Assembly: GCA_016845145.1 (NCBI GenBank)
Contig: JAERTE010000098.1
Coordinates: 8,889-72,888, forward strand
DNA from: Rhodospirillaceae bacterium
GTDB lineage: Bacteria > Pseudomonadota > Alphaproteobacteria > Rhodospirillales > Casp-alpha2
DNA length: 64,000 bases
Direction of reading: 5' to 3'
Notes under the pieces: model-generated
The model's database searches: none
Told to the model about the DNA's origin: nothing
The model's input: the letters and a program-made list of their open reading frames with translations, nothing else
Made by a program: the position numbers and the translations under genes
Shown here: positions 1 through 8,341 of the stretch, in pieces
Layout: every line of letters begins with the position of its first letter
Position numbering within the stretch: the first letter of the stretch is position 1

Positions 1-1179
1 GAATTCGTCTTCCTTGGGGATGTGGCGTAACCGCCCCAAAACCAGACCGCCGATCGTGTGAAACTCCGCCGTGGGAATACCGGCACCCAGAATTTCATTT
101 GCTTCGGAAACGGACAGCCGAGCATCGACCAGATACCGACCGTCACCCAAATCCTCGACGGTGCGCTGGCGGCGCGGATGGTATTCCTCAAAGTGGTATC
201 CAACGTCAATTTCGCCCACCACTTCTTCGACAATATCCTCCATGGTGATGATCCCAATCGCCGCGCCAAACTCATCGACGACAACCGCCATGTGGTCTTC
301 GCGCTGGTGGAGTTGAGGCAACAGTTGATCAATGGTTTCCAAGGGTGAAACATAGAACGGTGTCTTGATCAACTCTGGCAGCAATTGCCCCTCATTCCTC
401 GTCTCCATCAAATCCCAGGTGGAGAGTGTTACCAGGCCGGTGATGTTGTTGGTGCTGCCTTCAAAAACAGGCAGGCGGTTGAACCCGTGCTTGCGCACCA
501 AGGAGACGGCCTCGGATCGGGTGCTGTCATGAGCGATCACCGTGGTTTCTGAAATCGGTATCATGGCTTCTTTAACTGTGGTCTCGGCGAAGCGGATCAC
601 ACGCCGAATCCGTCCATGATCGAAGGCGCGCAAGGCTGAGTCGTGCTCCGCTTGCTCGACCAATGTCGATAATTGTTCACGGGTCACAAACACCACCTGA
701 GAACCGCCGCCCGCGCCGACAATCCGAGCGGCAAGTCGCGCAATTCGTGAAAAAATGAATATGACCGGATAGAAAACGTAAGACGCCCACTTCAAGGGGT
801 AGATGATGATCGGCGTCAGGAAATCCGACTTGTGCTGATATATGCTCTTGGGGACGATTTCGCCGAAGATCAGGAGAATCGGCGTGAATACCAAGAACGC
901 GTAGAGGTCGCCCATTTCACCGAAAAACTCGATCATCAACAGCGTGCCGATGGTCGTCAGCGCGATCGTCGACAAGTTGGTGCCGACAAGCGTTGTGCTC
1001 AATAGAAATTCAGGATTGCGAAACAGATCAAGGGCCAGCTTCGCACCCTCATTGCCTTGCTTGGCCTCATGGCGAAGCTTGATCTTGTCGGAGTTGACCA
1101 GGGCAATTTCCGATCCGGAGAAAAACCCCTTGAGCAGAAGCAGGATAACCAAGGCGACGAGAAAAATGACAAATTCCAT
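1..1179 (-). CDS. HlyC/CorC (CNNM; DUF21-CBS-CorC_HlyC) family membrane protein, C-terminus cut by window edge
   Basis: Absent from the ORF track because it runs off the window. Reverse-strand ATG at 1177-1179 gives MEFVIFLVALVILLLLKGFFSGSEIALVNSDKIKLRHEAKQGNEGAKLALDL... (DUF21-type N-terminus). The frame stays open to base 1, where it reads ...HTIGGLVLGRLRHIPKEDEF (CorC_HlyC-like). Confidence 0.8.
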   Translation of the reverse strand, partial: MEFVIFLVALVILLLLKGFFSGSEIALVNSDKIKLRHEAKQGNEGAKLALDLFRNPEFLLSTTLVGTNLSTIALTTIGTLLMIEFFGEMGDLYAFLVFTPILLIFGEIVPKSIYQHKSDFLTPIIIYPLKWASYVFYPVIFIFSRIARLAARIVGAGGGSQVVFVTREQLSTLVEQAEHDSALRAFDHGRIRRVIRFAETTVKEAMIPISETTVIAHDSTRSEAVSLVRKHGFNRLPVFEGSTNNITGLVTLSTWDLMETRNEGQLLPELIKTPFYVSPLETIDQLLPQLHQREDHMAVVVDEFGAAIGIITMEDIVEEVVGEIDVGYHFEEYHPRRQRTVEDLGDGRYLVDARLSVSEANEILGAGIPTAEFHTIGGLVLGRLRHIPKEDEF

Positions 1180-1182
1180 GAC

Positions 1183-2685
1183 TCAGTTCGCCTCCGGTTT
1201 CTCGGCCGCGGCGCTAGCCGGCGGTTTCTCGGCCGCATCGCTGGCCGGCGGTTGTTCCATCGCGTGCACGTCATCGGCTTGATGATCTTCTTTGTCCCAG
1301 TTTGGTTGATATCCATCGTCGGCATTCTCAGACGGGTCTCCGAGATCGCCTTCCACGACGCGCAATTTGACCAGGCGATGCCCGTCCATTTCGAGAACCG
1401 TGGCAACCAAGCCATCCATCAAGGGAACCGAGTCGCCAACATGGGGAAGCCGATCCAGATAACGGAAAACCACACCGCCGATTGTGGTCATTCGCGGATC
1501 TTCAATGCCGAAGTTCGTCAGGTCGTTGAAGTCGGTTAACTTCATTTGACCGGGCACGACGTAGATATCCTGGTCTTGTTCGCGATAGAGATCCTGGCCT
1601 TTGACGTCTTCGGAAATCTCCCCAAACATGAAGTTGATGACATCGCGCATGGTGATGAACCCATCGACCCCTCCAAACTCGTTCAACACGATCGCCGCCC
1701 GCGCCCGGTTGTTTTGAAAAAAGTCGAACATCTCATCAACGTTCTTGGTGGGCGGTACGACAATGGGTGGATGCAGCAGGTCATCAATGACCAGTTCTTC
1801 AAGGTTCTTGCCGTCCAAAATGAGGTTCATAATGTCTTCAGCGTGAATGAACCCTTCCAGATTGTCGCGATGGTCACGATAAACCGGCACGCGCGGATGC
1901 TGGCCTTTGCGGACCATCTCGGCGATCTCAGGCACCGACATATCTGCTTTGAGAAAATTGACCTGTGTGCGCGGCGTCATGATCTCGACGATTTCCGTCT
2001 CACACGATTCCAGCAAATTATCGATCAGAACCCGTTCCGTGGCATCCAGCACCCCCTCTTCCGCAACATCCTCAAGCAGCGTCTTGAAGACCTCGGTTTG
2101 CAGGATGTTCTCCATGGTCCGTTCTTCACCGACAACCCAGGTCGTCACCCGGTCAGAGACGATACGGATGAGTTCTCGCAGTGGAGCGACGATCTTCACC
2201 CACAGCGTCATGGGCGCGCCGACCACCCCCGCGCTAAGCCGGACCGGATTGCTCACCGCAATGGTCTTGGGCGTCACTTCCCCCAAGAGCAGGATAAGTG
2301 GGAACATCACCAAGAGATTGATCCAGCCTGCGCGCTCCGGGTCCGTCAAAGCCACCAGGATGCCGGCCAAGTTTGCTGTTGCCGCGACATTCACCAATTC
2401 ATTTCCACAGAGTATGGAAATGATCAGGCGCCGCGGCTGATCGAGCAGGGCATGCAGATTGTCGGTTTGCGGGTGGCGCTCTCGGCGCAGTTTCTGCAGA
2501 TCCAATCGAGACAAGGAAAACAGGGCCGTCTCCGAGCCGGAATAAAACGCAGACAGCAGGAACAGAAGCGCCTGGATGATCAGCCGGATAATAATATCCG
2601 GATCGGACAGCCGGTCGTGATCGATGGCGAAAAAGGCATCAATACTCTGCCAAGCCTGAGCAATATCAAAAGAAAATGTTTCCAT
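1183..2685 (-). CDS. HlyC/CorC (CNNM) family transporter with DUF21, CBS pair and CorC_HlyC domains plus a repeat-containing tail
   Basis: 500-aa ORF. N-terminal TM region with SGSETALFSLS motif, central CBS-pair region, then ...TTIGGVVFRYLDRLPHVGD... Tail is EQPPASDAAEKPPASAAAEKPEAN. The stop lies 3 nt before the next CNNM gene start. Confidence 0.85.
   Translation of the reverse strand: METFSFDIAQAWQSIDAFFAIDHDRLSDPDIIIRLIIQALLFLLSAFYSGSETALFSLSRLDLQKLRRERHPQTDNLHALLDQPRRLIISILCGNELVNVAATANLAGILVALTDPERAGWINLLVMFPLILLLGEVTPKTIAVSNPVRLSAGVVGAPMTLWVKIVAPLRELIRIVSDRVTTWVVGEERTMENILQTEVFKTLLEDVAEEGVLDATERVLIDNLLESCETEIVEIMTPRTQVNFLKADMSVPEIAEMVRKGQHPRVPVYRDHRDNLEGFIHAEDIMNLILDGKNLEELVIDDLLHPPIVVPPTKNVDEMFDFFQNNRARAAIVLNEFGGVDGFITMRDVINFMFGEISEDVKGQDLYREQDQDIYVVPGQMKLTDFNDLTNFGIEDPRMTTIGGVVFRYLDRLPHVGDSVPLMDGLVATVLEMDGHRLVKLRVVEGDLGDPSENADDGYQPNWDKEDHQADDVHAMEQPPASDAAEKPPASAAAEKPEAN
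1195..1251. repeat. 27-nt in-frame tandem repeat (2 full copies plus a partial copy) inside the CNNM tail
   Basis: Units 1198-1224 and 1225-1251 are near-identical. On the coding strand they read CCGCCGGC(T/C)AGCG(C/A)(C/T)GCGGCCGAGAAA and encode PPAS(A/D)AAEK twice. Confidence 0.8.
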
Positions 2686-3028
2686 CGCTAACGACTCGCT
2701 CGGTTAAAAATTTCTCAAGCCCATTCCCGGCAGACTTTCTATTTCAGGTTCGAAATCCGCAATTGCTGATCTTGACGGCACGCCCCTACGTTATCCGACA
2801 AACACTCTTTTGCCATCCAATTCGGGCCGCCCATTGCCACACCGAAGCAGATTGAACGCTTGGGCATTCCACACTTTTTTTTAGTATTAACATGCTTTAG
2901 CGGCGCAGGCCATGTCGACTCGACCGGGTTCTCTGTTTATTCCCCATGCGCTTACGTTGGCACGGGTTCGGGGGGTATCAGATCCGAACGTTAGCACATC
3001 GACGGTCAGTGAACCTTCAATATAGCAT

Positions 3029-3730
3029 TCACACAGACAAGGCGTAACCTGCGCCTCTGATGGTCCGGATCGGATCCTTCCGATTATTTTCGGTCAAATT
3101 TTTGCGCATACGCCGTATATGAGCATCAACGGTCCGGCTCTCGACGTAGACGTCGCGCCCCCAAGCCATGTCCAACAGCTGTTCGCGATTGAAAACCTTA
3201 CCGGGAGTCTCCGCCAAGACCGCCAGAAGACGGAACTCGGTAGCGCTCAAATGAACGGTTTCGCCTTCATAGAAGACCTCGTGGGTCTCAAGGTTGAGAT
3301 GAAGTTTGCCGCATTCGATCAGCTTATCCGACGTGGCCGGCCGTGACCGTCGGAGCACGGCTCGAATGCGGGCCAAAAACTCGGATGGCAAATACGGCTT
3401 CACCACGAAGTCATCAGCGCCGAGATCAAGCCCGCGTACCCGGTCATCTTCAGTACCGCGTGCGGTCAGCATGATGATCGGTATCTCCTTTGTTTTCTCA
3501 TTGTCGCGTAAAATGCTGCAGACTTCGATGCCCGTGAACTTCGGCAACATCCAGTCGAGCACGATCAAATCCGGTTGGTATTCCTCGGCAAGCAAGTGCG
3601 CTTCTTCCCCGTCCCGCGCATGCAGGGTTTGGTATCCGGCGTCTTTGAGGTTGTAGATAAGCATTTCCGCCTGATGCTCTTCATCCTCGGCTATCAGAAT
3701 GAGCGGCTGGATTATTTGCTTCATCGTCAT
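3029..3730 (-). CDS. phoB: Phosphate regulon response regulator PhoB (OmpR family)
   Basis: 233 aa. Receiver domain has DLIVLDWMLP and IPIIMLTARGTEDDRVRGLDLGADDFVVKP, closely PhoB-like. C-terminal winged-helix domain. Directly downstream of phoR. Confidence 0.9.
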   Translation of the reverse strand: MTMKQIIQPLILIAEDEEHQAEMLIYNLKDAGYQTLHARDGEEAHLLAEEYQPDLIVLDWMLPKFTGIEVCSILRDNEKTKEIPIIMLTARGTEDDRVRGLDLGADDFVVKPYLPSEFLARIRAVLRRSRPATSDKLIECGKLHLNLETHEVFYEGETVHLSATEFRLLAVLAETPGKVFNREQLLDMAWGRDVYVESRTVDAHIRRMRKNLTENNRKDPIRTIRGAGYALSV

Positions 3731-3745
3731 CCTCGTTTGCGACGC

Positions 3746-4813
3746 CTATTGCGAAACATAAGCGGTAAACACGCTTTCTTCGCCAAGGACACTTGTGATG
3801 TCGAGTTTGCCGCGGTGGCGGTTCAAAATATGCTTTACGATCGCGAGCCCAAGGCCCGTTCCCCCAACGGCTTGAGAGCGCACTTTATCAACCCGATAAA
3901 AACGCTCCGTCAATCGGGGAATGTCCTCTTCGTCGATGCCAGCGCCCCGGTTCTTGACGGCGATGGCCAAAGCCGGACCCTTAATATCCGCAACCGCCTC
4001 GGCGCACGTCACCGAGACGTCGATCCGAGTTTCCGGATCGCCATACTTGATCGCATTGTCTATCAGGTTTTCAACAACCTGGATCAATTGGTTCTTTTCC
4101 CCGCGCACCTGAATATCCTTGTTTGGACATTCGACAACAATCTCCATGGACTTTTTCTCTGCCCGATTTTTCAACCGCTCGACGACCGGCAAGAGCACCT
4201 CGGAAACCGCGACCATTCCTTCCGGCCGTTCGTGCTCGTGCGCCTCGATCAATGACAAGGACAACAGGTCCTCAAGCAACAACGCCATCCGCTTGGATTC
4301 CTGCGCCATGATGTTGAGAAACGCTTCATGGCGTTCGGGATCAAGGTTCACCGCGCTTTGCATCGTATCGATGAATCCCATCAAAGTGGTCAGCGGCGAT
4401 CGCAGCTCGTGGCTGACATTGGCGACAAAGTCCGCTCGCATGCGCTCATTGGCGCGAATTGAGGAAATATCATGCATGGTCAGCATGACACCGCTTTTCT
4501 TGTTTTCGTCCTCGCTGGACAGTGATGTGATATCGACGGTGTAAATCCTGCCGACCGGATAGGGAAAGGACGTTTCCTGGACGACAGGGGTGCCGCCCTT
4601 GAGGGCCTGGTCGACGGCGTTGAGCAAATTTTGGTCACGAAACGCAAGCGCAAGGTCTTTGCCCTTGTGCTCGATTTCGACGATTTCCTGCGCCGCCCGA
4701 TTGAAGCCGATGACTTCGCGATTGTTGTTCACCAGTATGACGGCATCTCGAAGGCTGTCGAGAATATTGGTTTTTAAGGCCAGTTTCCCAGCTTTGAGCG
4801 GCGATTTACCCAT
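3746..4813 (-). CDS. phoR: PhoR-like sensor histidine kinase (PAS-HisKA-HATPase), no predicted transmembrane segment
   Basis: 355 aa. H-box DFVANVSHELRSPLTTL, N-box NLIDNAIKYG, G-box GGTGLGLAIVKHI. A PAS-like region starts within about 15 aa of the N-terminus. No hydrophobic stretch is visible. Confidence 0.85.
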   Translation of the reverse strand: MGKSPLKAGKLALKTNILDSLRDAVILVNNNREVIGFNRAAQEIVEIEHKGKDLALAFRDQNLLNAVDQALKGGTPVVQETSFPYPVGRIYTVDITSLSSEDENKKSGVMLTMHDISSIRANERMRADFVANVSHELRSPLTTLMGFIDTMQSAVNLDPERHEAFLNIMAQESKRMALLLEDLLSLSLIEAHEHERPEGMVAVSEVLLPVVERLKNRAEKKSMEIVVECPNKDIQVRGEKNQLIQVVENLIDNAIKYGDPETRIDVSVTCAEAVADIKGPALAIAVKNRGAGIDEEDIPRLTERFYRVDKVRSQAVGGTGLGLAIVKHILNRHRGKLDITSVLGEESVFTAYVSQ

Positions 4814-4871
4814 CTGTATAAGCCGTGATTTGTTTTCGGGTTCGCATTCGCAACAACTTCAATACAGCAAA

Positions 4872-4927
4872 TTGTCACCGAATTGTCACGAAACGATCAT
4901 CGAGCCGTAACTTAGCCACGCTATAAT
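4872..4927 (+). promoter_or_regulatory. Tandem Pho boxes (four 7-nt half-sites on an 11-bp register) followed by a TATAAT -10 element, oriented toward DUF47-pit
   Basis: TTGTCAC (4872-4878) cgaa TTGTCAC (4883-4889) gaaa CGATCAT (4894-4900) cgag CCGTAAC (4905-4911), then 10 bp, then TATAAT (4922-4927). There is no -35 hexamer. The site lies between phoR (ATG 4813, - strand) and the DUF47 gene (ATG 5108, + strand). Confidence 0.6.
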
Positions 4928-5107
4928 TTAGCCGTGCTTTTTGCACTGCAATTCCGCGCGCTCTGGAGGAACGGAAATAGACGCCGTCAAATAGCCTAAG
5001 CAGCTTGGTTTGGCATCGACAGTTTGATCCTCACATGCGCGGCTAGAGGGAAAAACTCTGAAACATCGCAATGGCTTATATTGAAAAAATACAGAGGAGC
5101 TGAGCCA

Positions 5108-5785
5108 ATGGTCACCAACCCACTCAAAAGTTTGTTCGGGCATTCCCCGTTCAAACCCCTCCAACAACACATGCGCGTCGTCGTCGATTGCGCCGCTCAA
5201 GTGCCTGGTTTGTATCAGGCGCTATTTGCAAACGACGATGCCGGTGTCCAGGAAGCCCGCGACAGGATTTTTTCGCTCGAACAAGAGGCAGATGACATCA
5301 AAAACACCGTGCGGGCGCATCTGCCGAAAAGTCTCCTGATGCCCGTAAACAGGGCGGATTTGCTGGACTTGTTGGGAGTGCAAGACGACATCGCCGGTTC
5401 GGCGCAAGATGTTGCCGGCTTCTTGATGACACGCAAAATGGCGGTTATTGAGCCTCTTAAAGAGCCGATGATCACACTTACCGAGCGTTGTTCCGACACG
5501 TGTGCGAAGGCCGGTGAGATTGTCGGTCTTCTCGATGAATTGATCGAAACCGGCTTTGTTGGGCGCGAATCCAACAGCGTTGGCGATTTGGTCGAAGAAC
5601 TGAGCAAGATCGAAAGCGAAACGGACGTTATGGCCGTCGAGACATCCAAGGCGCTCTTCGCCAACGAGGACAAAATGGGTCCCGTGGACGTCATGTTTTG
5701 GTTCGAACTGATCAAATGGACTGCAAACATGGCCGACAATGCCGAGCATGTCGGAAATCGTCTGCGCCTCATGATCGCCCGCTAG
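5108..5785 (+). CDS. DUF47 / TIGR00153 PhoU-like protein (Pit accessory protein)
   Basis: The ORF-track ORF 5024..5785 starts at TTG. The internal ATG at 5108 is preceded by GAGGAG at 5094-5099 and gives MVTNPLKSLFGHSPFKPLQQHMR..., typical of the DUF47 proteins encoded upstream of PiT genes. Confidence 0.85.
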   Translation: MVTNPLKSLFGHSPFKPLQQHMRVVVDCAAQVPGLYQALFANDDAGVQEARDRIFSLEQEADDIKNTVRAHLPKSLLMPVNRADLLDLLGVQDDIAGSAQDVAGFLMTRKMAVIEPLKEPMITLTERCSDTCAKAGEIVGLLDELIETGFVGRESNSVGDLVEELSKIESETDVMAVETSKALFANEDKMGPVDVMFWFELIKWTANMADNAEHVGNRLRLMIAR

Positions 5786-5821
5786 TTCCGGTATTCTCAA
5801 TTTTATCCAGAGGGAAGTGCT

Positions 5822-7087
5822 ATGGAAATCCTCTCACAATACGGTACGGTACTGATCGTTATCGCCATTATTTTTGCCATCTACATGACCTGGGGCATTG
5901 GCGCCAACGATGTCGCCAACGTTATGGGGACCTCTGTCGGGTCCGGCGCGATTACCGTCAAGACGGCCATCATCATCGCCGCCATCTTTGAATTTGCCGG
6001 CGCCGCCCTGGCCGGCGGACACGTCACCAAAACCATCCGCAAGGGTATGGTTGACCCGTCGGGCATCGCCGGCAATCCGGAAATTCTGGTTTTTGGTATG
6101 TTGGCGGCCTTGTTGGCTGCAGCGTTGTGGTTGATGATCGCCTCGTTCCGTGGCTGGCCGGTCTCGACGACCCACTCTATCGTCGGCGCCATCGTCGGTT
6201 TCGCCATCGTCGGGATCGGTTTCGAGGCCGTCAAATGGGGCGCCATCGGCAAAATCGTCGCCAGTTGGGTGGTATCGCCCGTTCTCGGCGGTATCATCTC
6301 GTTCGTGCTGATGATCAGCATCCGACAACTGATTTTGAACACGGACAACCCATTCAAAAGCGCCAAGAAATGGGGTCCGTTTTATGTCTTCCTGGTCGGC
6401 TTCATCATCGCCCTGGTGACATTGTTCAAAGGACTCAAGCATCTCAAACTCGAGTTTTCCATGGACGTGACGGTCGCCTTGGCGGGTGCCTTTGGCGTAT
6501 TGTGCGCACTGCTCGGTATGGCGATGATCAACAAGGTCAAGGTCGACGAAGAAGCCGACAAGGACTTCCACTTCGCTAGCGTTGAGAAGGTCTTCATCCC
6601 GATGATGCTGTTCACCGCGTGCGGCATGGCTTTCGCCCACGGCGCGAACGACGTCGCCAATGGTATCGGCCCGCTCGCAGCCGTATACGGGATCATTCAA
6701 TCCGGTGGGGAAATCGCCCAGAAGTCGGCCATGCCCTTGTGGATTCTGATCCTGGGTGGTGCCGGTATTATCTTTGGCCTGGCGACCTACGGCTATAAGG
6801 TCATGCGGACCATCGGCACCAAGATCACCGAGCTGACTCCAACGCGCGGCTTCTGTGCCACCATGGCCGCGGCGATTACCGTTGTGGTGGCGTCCCGGCT
6901 TGGTTTGCCGGTTTCGACCACGCACATCGCCGTTGGTGGTGTTATTGGTGTCGGTTTGGCGCGCGGTGTCGGTGCGATCGATCTGCGGGTTATTGGCGGA
7001 ATTTTCGTTTCGTGGATTATCACCCTGCCCGTCGGTGGCGCCCTTGCCGCTATCATCTTCTTCATCCTGAAGGGGATCTTCAGCTAA
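5822..7087 (+). CDS. pit: Inorganic phosphate transporter, PiT family
   Basis: 421 aa, polytopic. Duplicated PHO4 signature GANDVANVMGTSVGSG and GANDVANGIGPL. Confidence 0.92.
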   Translation: MEILSQYGTVLIVIAIIFAIYMTWGIGANDVANVMGTSVGSGAITVKTAIIIAAIFEFAGAALAGGHVTKTIRKGMVDPSGIAGNPEILVFGMLAALLAAALWLMIASFRGWPVSTTHSIVGAIVGFAIVGIGFEAVKWGAIGKIVASWVVSPVLGGIISFVLMISIRQLILNTDNPFKSAKKWGPFYVFLVGFIIALVTLFKGLKHLKLEFSMDVTVALAGAFGVLCALLGMAMINKVKVDEEADKDFHFASVEKVFIPMMLFTACGMAFAHGANDVANGIGPLAAVYGIIQSGGEIAQKSAMPLWILILGGAGIIFGLATYGYKVMRTIGTKITELTPTRGFCATMAAAITVVVASRLGLPVSTTHIAVGGVIGVGLARGVGAIDLRVIGGIFVSWIITLPVGGALAAIIFFILKGIFS

Positions 7088-7137
7088 AAGCCGTATGCAA
7101 TCGCCTTGGTTCTACGGAACTGAGGGCAAATCAGAAG

Positions 7138-7171
7138 AGCCCGCTCCCGTTGAATTCGGGGCGGGCTTTTT
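7138..7171 (+). terminator. Rho-independent terminator after pit
   Basis: AGCCCGC-TCC...GGG-GCGGGCT stem (7138-7144 pairs with 7161-7167; 7146-7148 pairs with 7158-7160) followed by a T-run to 7171. Confidence 0.7.
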
Positions 7172-7542
7172 CCCGGAAACCCTTATCTCGATCTTGGAAT
7201 GGGACGATAGATTTGATCGAATTTTCTTTCTGAACATCGCCATCGTGAACAGCCGGCCCGAAAGAAACTGGGTCAAAAGATGAGAAACGAGCCGACTTGG
7301 AGGCCGGTGAAATCGTTGTTTCTCCGTTTAAGGGAGATCAATGTTGTTGGGGCATCTCGGATCCTTACGGCGCTACCGAAATCACTTCCGCTTCCTGATC
7401 AGAAAGTTGTCATTTCCTCGAAATCCGGCGTTGGACGGCTCCTGGCACATCTCGGAAACTCCTCTCGCGTGGATTTTGCGACCGAAAGGTGAGGGAAGCT
7501 GACGACGCGGCCTGGCGGAGGCGCCCTCGTTGAGCAGCGAAC

Positions 7543-7977
7543 CTAGGCCATCTCCTCCTTGATCGCCTCTGCGATGGCGCTGATCTCGTCCATGTCGCCA
7601 GGATTCAGGCCCCAGTTCAGCAGCATATTGTCATCCTTATGCCGGGGGATGATGTGAAAATGCGTGTGAAACACCGACTGGGCCGCCGCCGGGCCATTGG
7701 CCTGAACGATGTTGATGCCGCCCGGTTGCACGGCGCGCTCAACGGCGGGCGCGACCTTGCTGATTGTTGCCATGGCCGCGGCGGAGGCGTGCAGAGGGGT
7801 AACGAAGATGTTTTCCGCGTGATGCTTCGGGATCACCAGACAATGGCCCGGTGCCGCGGGATTGATATCCATGAAGGCCAGCGACGCGTCATCCTCGTAA
7901 ATCTTGAACGATGGGATTTCGCCCCGAATAATCTTGCAGAAGATACAGTCATCATCGAGTTGAATTTCGTTGCTCAT
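7543..7977 (-). CDS. HIT family hydrolase
   Basis: Histidine triad VFHTHFHIIPR and N-terminal CIFCKII motif. The ATG at 7975-7977 (MSNEIQLDDDCIFCK...) is preferred over the longer 8085 start. Confidence 0.88.
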   Translation of the reverse strand: MSNEIQLDDDCIFCKIIRGEIPSFKIYEDDASLAFMDINPAAPGHCLVIPKHHAENIFVTPLHASAAAMATISKVAPAVERAVQPGGINIVQANGPAAAQSVFHTHFHIIPRHKDDNMLLNWGLNPGDMDEISAIAEAIKEEMA

Positions 7978-8187
7978 ATCTGCCCTCCGTTTCGCCATAG
8001 AACGGCTCGCACGGTGGCTTGACGACACCAAGCTGTCAAGAAGCCCGCCTGCGCCACGGCCATGCCAGCCATGCATATAATGCATTTGTCGATGCCGAGC
8101 TATGAGCTTAAATACACCCTACATGTTGCAACGCAGCATCGGGCCGGAACAGAAAGCCGCGCCTTTTGAGAAAAAAGGAGAACCCTC

Positions 8188-8283
8188 ATGGGCAATAAAA
8201 TCCACAACTTGAAAAACCAAAGCTGGGCCTACCTGGTCGGCGCCGTCACGGTGTTGATCGCTTTTGGCGTCGCCATCGCTTAA
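8188..8283 (+). CDS. 31-aa small membrane peptide (hypothetical)
   Basis: Below the ORF-track size cutoff. AAAGGAGA lies 7 nt upstream of the ATG. Product is MGNKIHNLKNQSWAYLVGAVTVLIAFGVAIA, with one TM helix. A strong terminator lies 30 nt downstream. Confidence 0.5.
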   Translation: MGNKIHNLKNQSWAYLVGAVTVLIAFGVAIA

Positions 8284-8313
8284 CCGCGCCGACCAGGAAG
8301 TTTCAGAAAGAAT

Positions 8314-8341
8314 CGGCGGGCTTAGGCCCGCCGTTTTTTTA
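8314..8341 (+). terminator. Rho-independent terminator
   Basis: CGGCGGGC-ttag-GCCCGCCG stem-loop (8314-8333) followed by seven T (8334-8340). Confidence 0.8.

Noticed and set aside
1-6. The window begins with GAATTC (EcoRI), which could be a cloning junction.
   Set aside because: GAATTC recurs many times inside the window, and the reading frame of the CNNM gene continues smoothly to base 1. Most likely coincidence.
1195-1251. Short tandem repeats (here, 42401-42425 and 43945-43989) considered as CRISPR-like or minisatellite arrays.
   Set aside because: There are only 2-3 units, no spacers, and the units are in frame within genes or immediately 5' of apt. No cas genes are present. These are not CRISPR.
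2686-3028. 343-nt region upstream of the CNNM gene, examined for an Mg/Mn-type riboswitch (M-box, yybP-ykoY).
   Set aside because: None of the conserved motif elements were seen. There are only weak hairpins.
5024-5107. N-terminal extensions given by the longest-ORF rule (5024, 8085, 11395, 14483, 15725, 19400, 23885, 34223, 34267, 42320, 44125, 51784).
   Set aside because: In each case an internal ATG, often with an SD, yields the conserved family N-terminus or signal peptide. The extension also overlaps the neighbouring gene or intergenic signals.
5834-6925. 363-aa minus-strand ORF antisense to pit. Similar antisense ORFs: 1546..2691 (opposite the CNNM gene), 23930..25021 (opposite the CoA ligase), 12573..13271 (opposite glyS).
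   Set aside because: The sense-strand genes have strong family signatures. The antisense products are Arg/Gly/Asp/His-rich and featureless.
7095-7492. ORFs 7095..7283 (+) and 7280..7492 (+) downstream of pit.
   Set aside because: The first reads straight through the pit terminator hairpin. Neither has an SD or a recognisable domain. The region is reported as unassigned instead.
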